From NCBI RefSeq assembly GCF_009914755.1, contig NC_060945.1: a stretch of DNA of 64,000 bases. One strand, given 5' to 3'. This stretch comes from the human T2T-CHM13v2.0 reference genome, Homo sapiens. Shown here piece by piece: positions 1 to 12,599 of this stretch (position 1 is its first letter; every line of letters begins with the position of its first letter). The notes beneath the pieces are model-generated. The model had not been told where the DNA came from. It was given only the letters and a program-made list of their open reading frames with translations, and searched no databases. The translations under genes and the position numbers were made by a program.

Positions 1-3000
1 TGAATTAATCATGGGGCCTGGAAAATTAGTAATAGCAGTTCTAAAAGGGAAAATAGGTCTATTATGTATGTGTGTGTGTGTTTGTATGTGTGACACACAT
101 TTTTACACATTTAACAGAGAGATGAATTCTTATATCTATACCTATTTATTAATCTATATAAAAGTAAATGGCACATCCTTTCAAATTAGCCTCATTTAAT
201 ATGTCTGCATCTATATTATCATTTAAATTTTCTTTTTTAACAGCTATGTACTGAAAACAAATTCAGACTTGGTTTTCTCACATGGCAAAAATGAACCCCT
301 CACTTTCAGTTTATATTGGTCTACGTATACAGTGGCTTGCTGAAGGATTTTTGCGCAAATAAGTTAGAACATAAGTCAAACCTCTTGTTTCAAAAGAGTC
401 AAGCATGATAGAAAACACTAAATTTATTTAACCTCCATGTTCCATCTAGCAGAATTAAACTTTCCAAAGAGGAAAAACATAGATTGATGTTTTTAAAATT
501 ACTACAGGGTAGAAACTATGCTTCTAGTACTCTACAATAAGCCAAACTTATTGGCAGAAATTGTCCATAAAATTGACATTTTTAAGCAAATTTACATTCC
601 TTCATCAGTGTTATGCATGCCATTGCAGACAAAGTTGATGATTTGAATTCATAATTGATTTATGAGTGTCATAGAAATGAGGCAGAAAATATTGGACTTT
701 GTTGCCAAGGAGTTCATTTTGGGCAACCAGTAATTACACTGAGGATTAGATTGTATGAATTTGGAAAAGTGTAGAAGAGTCCATGACATCAGTAATTACA
801 ATGAAAATAAAATGAATATCTTATGGAATATGCTTTCATATATAATTCCTCCTCTGGATATTGTATTTTCTTTATGTCCATTTTCAGAGCTGGCTCATAT
901 TACTCTATTGACATCTGTTTTAAAGTGGAGTAAGAAAAAAGAACTAAAGTAAATTTTTCTTTAAACTTCATACATGAAAATAAAAGTAAGTTGAGGATGC
1001 AATTTTTAAATTAATATGAATGCACTTCCATAAACACAATCTCTGTCATTAATCTATCTTTCTGTTAATGACTGGCCAGCTGAAAGTTGGCAAATTCATT
1101 CATTTTAAATGCTAGAGGCATTAAAAGTTCTTGTTGAATAGGTTATTTTGTTTTATCGGTTAAACATGCACATACATATACACATGTAAACATTTTATTC
1201 ATTCTATAGTTCAGAAAGTTTTAACAATAAGATGTTCAAATCTTACTGTCAGCAGCAACTCTACAACTAAATCATCTTTTTAGTAGGAAGCTCCAAAGTT
1301 AAACACAGAGTTTTTAGGAATATTGAAATTTCCTTTAAGCCTTGCCACACGTCATTCAAGTCAGAATATTTGATATCACTTTATTATAATTTTAAGGAAA
1401 TACAATTTATATATATTTTTTAAATGATAAATTCAACTAATTATAATTTAAGTGCATGAATAAAATAAGTATATTTATAAGGTTGGTTACATACTATTTT
1501 CAGAATGAAATACTCTTCCAGCCATGTCAAAATTTTGCCTGATGTCTCCTAAAATGTTTATTTAGTGATGGGAACTAAAAATGTTTTAAGTCACCCACAA
1601 ATTGTTTTGCTTATGACCAGTAGATCAATCTTAGTAAAGAGATGTTTTCAAAATGTCAGTGTCTATTTCAAGAATCTACAATCACTCTCACTTTTTTATA
1701 AAATAAAGTCCAAAATAAAATTATCTTAAAATGGATTTACCTTCGTGGATATTTGTGCTTTGAACATTTATACTCGGAATTTTTTTTGAGATGGAAAAAA
1801 AATAACCTGGAAGATATTAATAAATTATTTCCCCACTGTATTGGAAAGTCCAGTATAAATGAAATAAAAGCAGTGTCACCATAAACAGGAAATAAGTGGT
1901 GTCTATTCCAAAAATATGAGTATAAGAACAGTAAGTTTTGATATATTTGGAATTGTGTTTTCATGGCCAGTAAATGTGCATATCTAAACTCTTAAATAAA
2001 TGGCATCTATCACTTCAAAAGGTGAATGAAAACTATCAACAATAAAAGGGTCATTGTAACTTGAGTTTCCAAGCTGGCTTTATTTTTCAAACCATAGAGA
2101 GGCCTCATCTTAAGAGACAGCTATTTCCCTGAAAGAAAAGAGAGGTTCAAGTTCATTAAGAGACCCTTCCATATCTGAAGTGTAGGTTGACAACCTTCAT
2201 ATAGAAAAGGGAGAAATCAGAGTATTTTATTAATATAAAAGGAAATCCAACCCGACAGAGGTGGTGGAAAACCTATTCATTATTGTTCCATAGATAGAGG
2301 AAAGAAAAAGAGAGAAAAACGATAATACATTTACTCTAAGAGATCAGTGTCCTTGTTTTTTTCTAATTCTCTGAAAGGACCCTTAATAGGGGTATGAAAG
2401 AAATACACAGACACAGTTTAAGGAAGCCTAGGGCATCAGTGATGCTGGCTTGCTTTGCTTAGAAGAGTCTGGAGATTTGTATACTTCATGATAAAGCCTC
2501 ACATCCTCACATTCAGCTTGGCACAATACCCTGTATGTAGTAATAGTGAATCATTGTCCAAGGAAAGTGTTCAGTTGAATGAGTCTGTGGAAGATCTCAT
2601 GGCTCTTGAGACACCGGGAGTGATGCATAGGTAATCCAGAAGTTCATGCACGCTCAGGGTCATACATGAGCTGAGAGGAGCCACGAACAGCAAATTTAGA
2701 AGCCGAAAAACAGAGTTCACAACCTTTGTGATCAGAGTCAAATATACTTCATTTTCAGTGTTATGAAGAAAGAACCAGTTAAGACCAGTCCCATCTCATA
2801 GATACCAGTTCAGTGATAAAAATAGACAAACTGTGAGACAAAAGTGGATTTGTGGCACTTCTATGTTACTGCCATCAGACCCCATCCCAAATATAACCAG
2901 ATACTATCCTAGAGGTAAGTAGGAGGTGATGGCGGAAGGATGATGTGAAAGCATGAACAATAATCATGAGGCAGTTTACATAGAAGAAGCTGAGACGTAA

Positions 3001-3134
3001 TTAGTTTGCAAGTTGAATTCTCCTCTTTACCTTAATAAGGTGATTATCCAGAAGACAAATTAAGCACATTTCAGAAAATACAGAAACTAAATTTTATTTG
3101 AACGTTTAAATTGTTAACTCTTACTTGTTCAATA

Positions 3135-4159
3135 GTATGTTATTTTCCTATTGCTTCTATAGCAAATTACCATACATTTAGTGGCTTAAAACGACATAAA
3201 TTTATGTCTACAGTGCTATGGGTCAGGGGTCACCAACGGCTGGGCCACAAACTGGTACTGGTCTGTGGCTTGTTAGGAACCAGGGCGCACAGCAGGAGGT
3301 GAGCACCAGGCAAGCAAGCAAAGCTTTCTCTGTATTTTCAGCCTCTCCCCATTGCTTGCATTGCTGCCTGCGCTCTGCCTCCTGTGAGATCAGCAGTGGC
3401 ATTAGATTCTCACAGGAGCAGAAACCCTATTGTGAACTGTGCATGGGAGGGATCTAGGTTGTGCTCTCCTTATGAGAATCTAATGCCTGATGATCTGTCA
3501 CTCTCTCCCACCACCCCCAGGTGAGACATCTAGTTGCAAAAAAACAAGCTCAGGGCTCCTACTGATTCTACGTGATGGTGAGTTGTATAATTATTTCACT
3601 GTGTATTACAATGTAATAATAGTAGAAATAAAGTGCGCAATATATGTAATGAGCTTGAATCATCCCCAAACCATTCTCCCCAACCCCAGTCCATGAAAAT
3701 TTGTCTTCCACAAAACTGGTCCCTGATGCCAAAAAGGTTGGGGACCGCTGCTATAGGTCAGAGGCCTCAGTTGGCTAAAATAAAGGTGACAGTGAGGCTT
3801 CATTCCTTCTGAAAGTTCTCGGGGAGAAACTGTTCCCTTACCTTCTCCAGCTTCAGAGACTGCTTGCATTCCCTTGTTCATGACCTTTTGCTGCATTTCC
3901 AAAGCCAGCAATATAGCATCTTCAAATCTCCCTCTCTCTCTCTCTCTCTCTCAATCTCTCTCTCTTGCACTCCTGCTTCCCTTTTAAAAGGACTCTTTTG
4001 ATTACATTGGTACCAGGGCGATAATCTAAAATAATCTTTCCATCTCAAGGTCTTTAATCACATCTCCAAAATTCTTTTTGCCATGTAAATTGACATATTC
4101 ACAGTTTTGGGGGATTAGAATGTGGATATCTTTGAGAGAGATACTTTCTGCCTATCACA
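3135..4159 (-). mobile_element. MLT1D-like MaLR LTR, interrupted by MER1A
   Basis: Starts tatgttattttcctattgcttctatagcaaattacc...tagtggcttaaaac and ends ggattagaatgtggatatcttt...gcctatcaca, resembling the reverse complement of MLT1C/D; resumes after 3758. Confidence 0.8.
3224..3750 (+). mobile_element. MER1A hAT-Charlie non-autonomous DNA transposon, full length
   Basis: Terminal inverted repeats caggggtcaccaac...gttggggaccgctg; 527 bp; 8-bp TSD ctatgggt (3216-3223) / ctataggt (3751-3758). Confidence 0.92.
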
Positions 4160-4479
4160 AATGTGACATGTATATAAAAAAATCCAAACATTCTTCCTAG
4201 CTCACAGGGATCTTTACTTAAATATTAAGAAAAGAATTGAGATTTGTTGGATAAAGAATAAATATATCACACATATATTGGGTTAGAGAATTTACAACTT
4301 ATTCATTCCAAGATCACCTACAAAAATTGAAATTAAGTTCTGTACTTAAGTACACAGTTGCGGCTTTTGGAGCCTTTTGTTCATCCCCCACAAGATTAAT
4401 TTAGAGCTCATTTTATTCTTTGATGTGTGTTGAAGGTAAATAATATAGAAAACTGGTCAGAGATGACAAATTTTTTCTT

Positions 4480-4895
4480 AATATCTATACTCCTCATCAT
4501 CATAGGTCACAAAACACAGATTTTTGTTCGGCAATATTTCCAAATTTAATAAAGCTTATATTTCTCAGCCTCAATTTCAAATAGGTATGGCCATGTTATT
4601 AGATTCTGAATGAAATTTATGTAAAGTAGTCTATCAGATGTCCATGGACAGCTCTTTAAGAATAAAAAAAAGAATGTCTTTCTCTGTTATTTCCTCCTGG
4701 AAATTGCTACAGTTTTGTGTTATAAGGCATTATCTAAGAACGTAAAACAGTAAGACAAGGGGCCCTGAGGTAGTTTACCTCCAAAATGTCTACCTTTTCA
4801 TTTCTATTTATGAGAAAAAATAAACTTTTATCCATTTTTACCACTGTTAGTTTGAATTTATATGTTGTATGTAATTGAATTTAAATCTAACTAAA
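4480..4895 (+). mobile_element. Ancient MLT1 (I/J-like) LTR, degenerate
   Basis: tttctcagcctc...ggtatggccatgttattagattctg and tgagaaaaaataaactttt...ccactgtta motifs typical of old MLT1 LTRs. Confidence 0.45.
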
Positions 4896-5935
4896 GTAGG
4901 CCTCATAACGGATCAAAAATCTATTATGTCAGTGAAAAACTTCGCGCAGCAAAGTAACATTTCTATACTAAGTGAACAGTCAAACCTGAAAACTTCTTTA
5001 ATGAGTGGTTGCTAAGATTATGGAGACGTGAGTACAGTTAAGAGGGCAAACAAGAATAAATGGGTTTCTCCAAACAAAGAGATAATATTGTAATAAATGA
5101 GTTTATATTGCAATAGCTATATATTTTTCTCATACTTTTAAAATCTGTTAGCTAGTCTATAGAAACACAAGAACAACATAAAAGTGAGTCCTAAACTCAG
5201 CTTTCATGATAGCATCTAGCTGTTAGCTATAGATTAAAAGACCACAAGAGTGTGAGATGATGATGTACCTCCTAATTCGCTAGAGGACCTCATATGAGAT
5301 GCCCATCTCCCAGTTGGCAAGAAAGTGGCAGAGCCACAGTAACTGAAGAAGCTATGACACATGGGACAAAGGAATACCTTGTTAGTAACTAGATTTGTGT
5401 AAAGGGTGCTAAGAGTAGAGTTTAAATGCCTGCACCATTGAATTTATAGATTAATATGCATTTCTTTTTAGTTTCATAGTAGTAGACTATACATATATTT
5501 CTATTGTGAGAGCCTGAATGTTATATTTTTGGGCCCCTTAAAATTAAAGAAGAAGGTTCAATATTCAAGTTTATTTCTGAGTGCTATATTTTTTATCATC
5601 TACTCAGGCATAGCAGTGGGCATTTTATTAAAAGAATTATTCAAATTATTCATATTTTGAACCTACATTACCCACTTGTAATGTTTTCCTTATGTAATCT
5701 GTAGCACTTTCTGTAGGATCAATCTTGTGTGGTCCTCAGTGTGCCACGCCCCTGCACCATTGCTCACACAGCTAATCCCCCAGTTAATACCCTTCGCATT
5801 CTTATTCATTTTATTTCCGAATTTAAGAAGGTGGGAAAATATTTTATGAATAACTTCAGCAGAGAATATTCAAAAGTCTCTGGGATTATATTAAAATTTT
5901 ATACAGGTTCTTCAGAAGATATCCATTTTGTTTCT

Positions 5936-5969
<34 letters not shown>

Positions 5970-5973
5970 CACA
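5936..5973. repeat. (CA)n microsatellite
   Basis: Direct CA run with one CG interruption. Confidence 0.95.
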
Positions 5974-7391
5974 CTGCTGCAAAGGTTAAATAGAAACAGA
6001 AATTTCCAAAATTTCTTGCATTATGTAATTTAAAAAACATGGTGTAATCTCCTAGCCACATTCCAAATTACTAAATTTCACTCCAGAATAGATGATCAAT
6101 ACACAGGTAGATAATAGATAAACAAATATGCAGACATGTACATGTAAATTAAATATATATTTTTTATTTATATTTGGCAATTTTATAGAAAAACACATAT
6201 CTACATCTGTATCTGTAGCTATATTTACATGTAGTCTAAGTTCGTATTTATTTTTATATTTCACCGTCTTACATGTTTATTTACGTATTACATTTTCATT
6301 AAAATTTCCTGTCCATTTTCCATTAACTTACCAAATGTACATATTTTTCCCTCTTGGGTTCTGGCATTCTTGTCATATTTATGAAGTTCTTTCTTATCCT
6401 ATGTTTATATACACAATTAAATATATTGACTTCTATTTATATTTTAGAAATATTTTATATTTAATTTTTCTAGAATGCTTTGATAGCAAATGAAGAGCTA
6501 CCTTTCCCAATAAAATATACCTTAACACTTATTTTTGAACAAATCTCATAATATCTGTCACCAGCTTCTACTGTACTTTCAGAAATGATTTTCATTTTAT
6601 AAGGAATTGCCATTTCTTTGAGGCAAAGTGACAGGTAATTTTTCAGTTAGTAAATTCATCCATAGGGAACATATTTTTGGCTCCCCAAAATCTTTACTGA
6701 AACCACATTTACTCCTCAACTTTATTTTTTTTCTAACACATGTATCACCCAATCCTGAAATGTTCATTTTCTCAAAAATTACAATCCCAAGCTCAGCAAT
6801 ATCACTGCCATACCTGCCCAGCTTGTGAGTTCTTCTCAAACCTGTCAGCCTGGGTCAGGATGCCTCTTCCACTTTCCCACTGAATTCCAATGGGATGACA
6901 GTTCTGTTAAAAGTGTGCCTTCTGCTGAGGTCCAGGCAGAAACATAGGATTTTAACCAGTACAGGTGAGCACAGAAATCTGAATAACCTCACAAAATATA
7001 GCCAGAAGAAATTCCCAGCCCTATGTGGCCCTATTTCGACATTCAAAAAGAACCATCCATTAATCAAAAGTAGTTTAAAATAATTCTAATATTCTTGTGT
7101 CTCTTGAAACTCAAAGTACAGTACTTCACAGATGCTGTGTTGCTCTTCCTCTTGTTCTCCACATGGCTCATCCATGAAGGGGCCTTGAACCTCTCTCTGC
7201 CTCTAACACACTTCCCTTCACTCAACGTCACTCACAGGACCTGGCCACCTGGCCCTCTGCTTTCCTCCTTTTTTCTATTTCTTTCCATTTTCTTTTTTTC
7301 TCAGTAGCAAATATGTCTGTGCCTACAAACACCCCATTTTCACTTTTGTCCTATCCCGCTCTAATTAATTTGATTTGCATCATAAATTATA

Positions 7392-7395
<4 letters not shown>

Positions 7396-7422
<27 letters not shown>

Positions 7423-7446
7423 ATGAGAGAAAGAAAGAGAGAGAGA
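7396..7446. repeat. (TG)n followed by GA-rich microsatellite
   Basis: Direct reading. Confidence 0.9.
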
Positions 7447-8379
7447 ACCAAGTAGTAATTACCAAAATGTCCTTCATAGGTACAGCTTAGTAAGTCTATC
7501 AATCCTAATATGAATTTTTGGTCTATTTTTATTATTTGCTGTATTGCATCTTTATATAACAATATGGGAATATAGATAGAGACATACTTCCAGCTCCAAT
7601 TTCTCATTATAAAAGATGAGAATTTAATATAATTTTGCTTTTATTTTAAAAAAGAAAATGAACTCTATAACTATGCCTCAAGTATGGCTTAAGAATTCAA
7701 AGATTCAAATTATATTTTACTTGCACATTTTCAGTTTACAGATTTTGAAATTTAAAAGAAAGATTTATTTGGTATTCCTTCTTAATTAGAATGACTAATG
7801 TTTGTTCTCTTGGGTTTGTCTGTTAATAATTTGATTTAGGTGCATCTGTCATACAATTTAGAGACTAATATTTTTTTAACCCCAATTGAAGTTTTGGCCT
7901 TTATTGTGGAGGTTAAAATGCTGATATTATTGTTTTAATGTGTTTATTTTGTTCTTACTATCTTTGTAGACTTGTGTTTTTCCACCTTTTCTTTTCATTG
8001 TTTATAGTTTTTAATTTTAATAACATGTTCTTATTTTTTCAGTACTATACAAGCAATACATCCTGTTTTTAAAATGTAAATACAATTATTTACATTTAAT
8101 TCTTTAAGCAACATATTACTAATTGTTAAAATACTGAATGATATTATGCCTTTTGTGTGTTCATAGTATATTTAAGTAGTTTAACATATTTTTGCCAACA
8201 ATTTTGCTCATTCAAAGCATTGGTAACTTTCAATAAAATTGAAGTGCTGAATCATAATTAATTTTTAATATTTTTACAGTGTATAGTTTCTTGTTTTGTA
8301 CTATACTTGGCTTTAATGTTGCTGAAAACAAGAGTAATCTCAGACCAATATACCTTACTGTGGAGATTATATATATATA

Positions 8380-8500
8380 TTGCTATTGTGAATAGTGCTT
8401 CAATAAACTTGCATGTGTATGTGTATTTATACTAGAATTATTTATATTCCTTTGGGTATATACCCAGTAATGGGATTGCTGGGTCAAATGGTATTTCTGG
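8380..8500 (-). mobile_element. Short L1P ORF2 3' fragment
   Basis: tgctattgtgaatagtgc...tttgggtatatacccagtaatgggattgctgggtcaaatggtatttct is L1 antisense sequence. Confidence 0.85.
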
Positions 8501-8579
8501 AATGTCTTTCTGAGCTGTGTAAAAAGGCAAGGACATTTTTAATGTATTTTATGGATAATGATATTTGAATCTTAATAAC

Positions 8580-8782
8580 ATTCTTACTTATATGCCATAT
8601 ACTCTGTTAATTGATTTATCATTAATGTTCCACCTGTTCCACCAAATTCTCCTCCAAACTCCATTGGAACAAGTTATTTCTATGACGAGATACTTATTAA
8701 CATCATTTACAGATGAGTGAACTAAAACTTAGACTAAGAAATTTGCACATATGCAATTCTAGAAATTGGCAGAATTTCAGTT
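8580..8782 (-). mobile_element. MIR SINE (host of MER50)
   Basis: catttacagatgagtgaactaaaacttaga...ggcaga matches the antisense MIR core. Confidence 0.6.
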
Positions 8783-9508
8783 TGTTACAGGAGGTAGCTA
8801 GTCAGGCGTGAGCAGAGCAGGGGAGGACTCCACCCACCCCCCCACCAGGAAAGTCTGATGACCAGCACGTGATGGTCAGGCTGTTGTTAACTGTCTCTAT
8901 AAAATACTAATTGGTCACAGCCAGCACCAGAAAAAGGCAGTCTCCCTATAGATAGGAAACACTTGAAGCTGGTGATCAGCAGCTTCCTGATAAGATCTCA
9001 TGAGCTGGCTGAATGGGCTCAAGCATGCTCATTAAAAAGCAAAATGGCGGAGTTTAACTGGTATATGACCCTCCAGGGTTATGCTGCAGGTAAAGGGAAG
9101 AAGCTTCCAAGGAAAGCTTCAGGTGAGCACGCATAAACTCCAGGAAACACACTGAGCAGACTCACCTCCCAAGTGCCAGCAGGTCACCGCGCATGCGGGA
9201 AGGTCACCCCAAGGGAAGAATCAATGGAAAAGGGACACAAAGGTGCCGGAAGCAGGCCAACATATAAAACCCTAAGTCCAAAGTCACATGCGGTGCTTGT
9301 CCTGCAAGAAGAGGTCAGCTTGGCCCTCTTCTAAGTGTACCTTTCTTTTTATTCCTGCTCGAAAGCTTTTTAATAAACTTTCACTCCTGCTCTAAAACTT
9401 GGCTCCGTCTTCTTTTTCTGCCTTATACCCTTCAGTCTAATTCTTTCTACTGAGGAAGCAAGAACTGAAGTTGCTGCAGACCTGTACAGATGCGTTCCAC
9501 CAATAATA
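8783..9508 (+). mobile_element. MER50 solo LTR (ERV1)
   Basis: tgttacaggaggtagctagtcaggcgtgagcagagcagg start; aaaatggcggagtttaactggtatatgacc; TATA-like catataaaa ~9261; aataaa ~9372; end gttgctgcagacctgtacaga...taata; ~725 bp. Confidence 0.85.
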
Positions 9509-9514
9509 ATTTGA

Positions 9515-9700
9515 GTCAGTGAACGGGAGATGGAAAAAAGTAAGTAGATTTGAGGGCTATTTTTAAAAGTATAACTCTGTTGGTTACAACAGTACTCTGT
9601 GATGATTCAACATTGAAGAGAAGAAAGAGAGAGGAGACACAATAAAGCTCATGTTTCTGGCTAAAGAATCCAATTGTGTATTATTTACATTTATTGAAAA
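9515..9700 (-). mobile_element. L2 fragment
   Basis: gatggaaaaaagtaagtagatttgagggctatt...gagagaggag...gtttctggct resembles antisense L2. Confidence 0.45.
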
Positions 9701-10035
9701 TTTTTAATATTTTATGGCACCATTTATTTTGATCCTTCATTGAACCCTCTGGTATTCCTATTTTCTTCTCCCTTTTTCTGAAATATTTTACTTTTGCAGT
9801 GTCATCCTCCCCTGTTTCTGCTTTACCTTAAGCATACTATAAAAATGGATTCTTTCTGAACATACGTAGGTCACCGTCCCTATCTATGTAGTACTGCATT
9901 TGCAGTTCTGGTACACAGCTTATGAGAAAGCACTAATGAAAATCTCTCATTCAAGGTTCAGTTTTTAGTAGGCTTCCATTATTTCGTAAGTCTGTTTGAT
10001 CTTACTGACTTTCTCTGCCATCTCTCAAACTAATT

Positions 10036-10293
10036 ATTTTTATTTTTAAGACAGTCTTTCTTTGGAGTGCAGTTGCATGATCTTAGCTCCCTATAACCTT
10101 GAACTCCTCACCTCAGCCTCCCAAGTAACTATGACTGCAGGTGTGCACACCATGCCTGGCTAATTTTTTTTTAATTTTTTTATAGAGACAGGATCCTGCA
10201 CAGGCTAGTCTTGGAACCCCTGGCCTCAAGCAATCCTCCTGCCTCAGCCTCCCAATGTCCTGGGATTACAGGTGTGAGCTGCAGAGCATGTCC
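10036..10293 (-). mobile_element. AluJ, degenerate with small deletions
   Basis: ggagtgcagt, cctcagcctcccaagtaact, ctcaagcaatcctcctgcctcagcctccc, gggattacaggtgtgagc. Confidence 0.9.
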
Positions 10294-10932
10294 AGTTTCT
10301 TCAATGCTCTACATTATCAGAATATTTTAAAAACTACATTTCCTACAATGTCTTGGCAACAATATGTTTCTTATCCCTACTCCTTCACAGAGTGAATCCT
10401 TTGTATGGAGGTAATGTCCTAGAAAATAGTGCAATTGCCAATCTGTTCAGCCTGTGCTGCTTCTATCCTGATCCCTACATCGAACTATACACAGACCTTC
10501 CAATGATCTGTTTTGTGGAAGTTGTCATTACTGATGGAAGAAGTATAGGGTATCTTCCTGTTTTTATTTAGTTAGACTATGTTTTATGAGGTCAATTCTG
10601 TATTATATTTGATTCCAATGCAAGCCCCTATGCCTTAAGAAAAATGGAGTTTCCTTAAAGTTCTTGACAGCATGTGTTTCTTAGTCTTGTTTTTTTCTTT
10701 GTGATTTTTATACATTGAGCTTTTATTTAGTCTGTATCTTCATGAATATTTTAGTATTAAGTTAAGAAACTGATTTGAGAGCTGCTAGATTAGGTGTAGT
10801 TTATTTTGGAAATTGTCTTGATATAGGAAATTTAATTTACAGAAATGGGAAAACAATATACTCTGTTTCTGGCTTCAGATAATTAAAGCAGTGCTCACTT
10901 CCTCATTAAAGTATTAATAATAATAGCCAGAG

Positions 10933-12590
10933 TTTTTTTCACAGCATTATTGAGATATAATTTATATACTATACAACTGACACACAAAAACGTACAATTC
11001 AATTTTTTTGGCATATTTCCAGAATTGTACAACCATACCCTAGTCTAATTTTAGTAGATATTCATTCCTCCAAAAGAAACCTCGTATTCATTATCAGTAA
11101 TTTACCTTCTATCTCTATAGATTTACCTGTTTGGAAATGTCATATAAATAGAAGCATACAGTATGTCATCTTCTCTGAATTGCTTTTCTCACTTAGTATA
11201 TTGTTTTCACGATTCATCCATGCTGTGTGATATGTCAGTACTTCATTCCCTTTTGTTGTGAAACACTCTTCCATTGTATAGATACACCACATGTAAACTA
11301 CCCACTCACCGGCTGATGGCAACTTGGATTGTTTCTACTTTGTATTTATTATGAAGCAGGCTCCTATGAACATTCATGTAGAAATTTTCGTGTGGATGTG
11401 AATTTTCATTTCTCTGGCATGTATACCTAGAAATGGAATTGACAAGCTGTTTTCCAAAGTGGCGGAACTATTTTACATTCCCACTAGCAATGTGTGAGAG
11501 TTCCACAATTTCTCCACAATCTTGCCCATTCTTGCTTTCTGTCACTTTATTATAGTCATCTGTGATGGTGAATATTAGGTGTCAACTTGATTGGATTGAA
11601 GGATGCATAGATAGCTGGTAAAGTATTGTTTCTGGGTGTGTCTGTGAGTGTGTTGCAGAGACTAACATTGAGCAGGTGAACTGAGAGAGGAAGACCCACC
11701 CTTAATGTGGGTGGGCACCATCCAATCAGCTGCCAGCACAGCTAAAACAAAGCAGGCGGAAGAAGATGGGATAGATAAGCTGGTTTGCTGAGTGCGCTTT
11801 CATCTTTCTCCCGTGCTGGATGTTTCCTGTCCTGTGACATCAGACTCCAGGTTCCTCGGCCTTTGGACTCTTGGACTTACACCAGTGGTTTGTCGGGGGC
11901 TCTGGAGCCTTTGGCCACAGACTGAAGGCTGCACTGTTGGCTTCCCTACTTTTGAGGCTTTCGGACTTGTACTGAGCCACTACTCGCTTCCTACCTCCTC
12001 AGCTTGCAGATGGCCTATCGTGGGACTTCACCTTGTGATCGTGTGAGTCAATTCTCCTTAATAAACTCCCGTTCATATATACATCTATCCTATTAGTTCC
12101 GTCCCTCTGGAGAACTCTGACTAATACACCCTCCTAGTGGTTTTGAAGTAGTATCCCCTGGCGGTTTTGATTTGCATTTCTTTAATGACAAGTTATGTTG
12201 AGACTCCCCTTGTACTTATTGGCAGTCTACATATCTTCTTTGGAGAAACGTTTATTGAAACCCTTTTCTCATTTTTATATTGAGTTATTTGTCTTCATAT
12301 TATTAAATTATGAGAGGTATTTATAATTTTGAATTCAAGTCCCTTGTCTGATACATGATTTGCAAATATTTCCTTCTATTCTGGAGGCTGTCTTTTCACT
12401 TTCTTGATGATGTTATTGGCAGCACAAAAATTTTACATTCTGATGTACCCCCATTGATCTACTTCTTTGTCACTTGTGTTTTTCAGAGTTTAAACCTAAG
12501 AAACTACTTCTATCTTTTATTCTAAGAGTTTTATAATTATTATTCTTACATTTAGGTCTATAATTAATTTTGAGTTAAATTTTGCTTGTT
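10933..12590 (-). mobile_element. L1MB-type LINE 3' end and ORF2 tail, interrupted by MLT2A
   Basis: attattgagatataatttatatac...ccaaaagaaacc; ttttacattcccactagcaatg; continues cctagtgg...tttgatttgcatttc after the LTR. Confidence 0.85.
11561..12128 (+). mobile_element. MLT2A2-like ERVL solo LTR
   Basis: tgtgatggtgaatattaggtgtcaacttgattggattgaagg...ccctctggagaactctgactaataca; TG...CA ends; degenerate 5-bp TSD tcatc/ccctc. Confidence 0.9.
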
Positions 12591-12599
12591 TTTATCTTT

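Noticed and set aside
351-358. Perfect C/EBP palindrome TTGCGCAA
   Set aside because: A single 8-mer is expected by chance in 64 kb
1741-1806. Possible minus-strand exon (ttccag|...aag|gtaaat)
   Set aside because: Weak polypyrimidine tract and donor; no supporting coding signal
6052-6493. Hydrophobic F/I/Y-rich ORFs
   Set aside because: AT-rich low-complexity translation artefact
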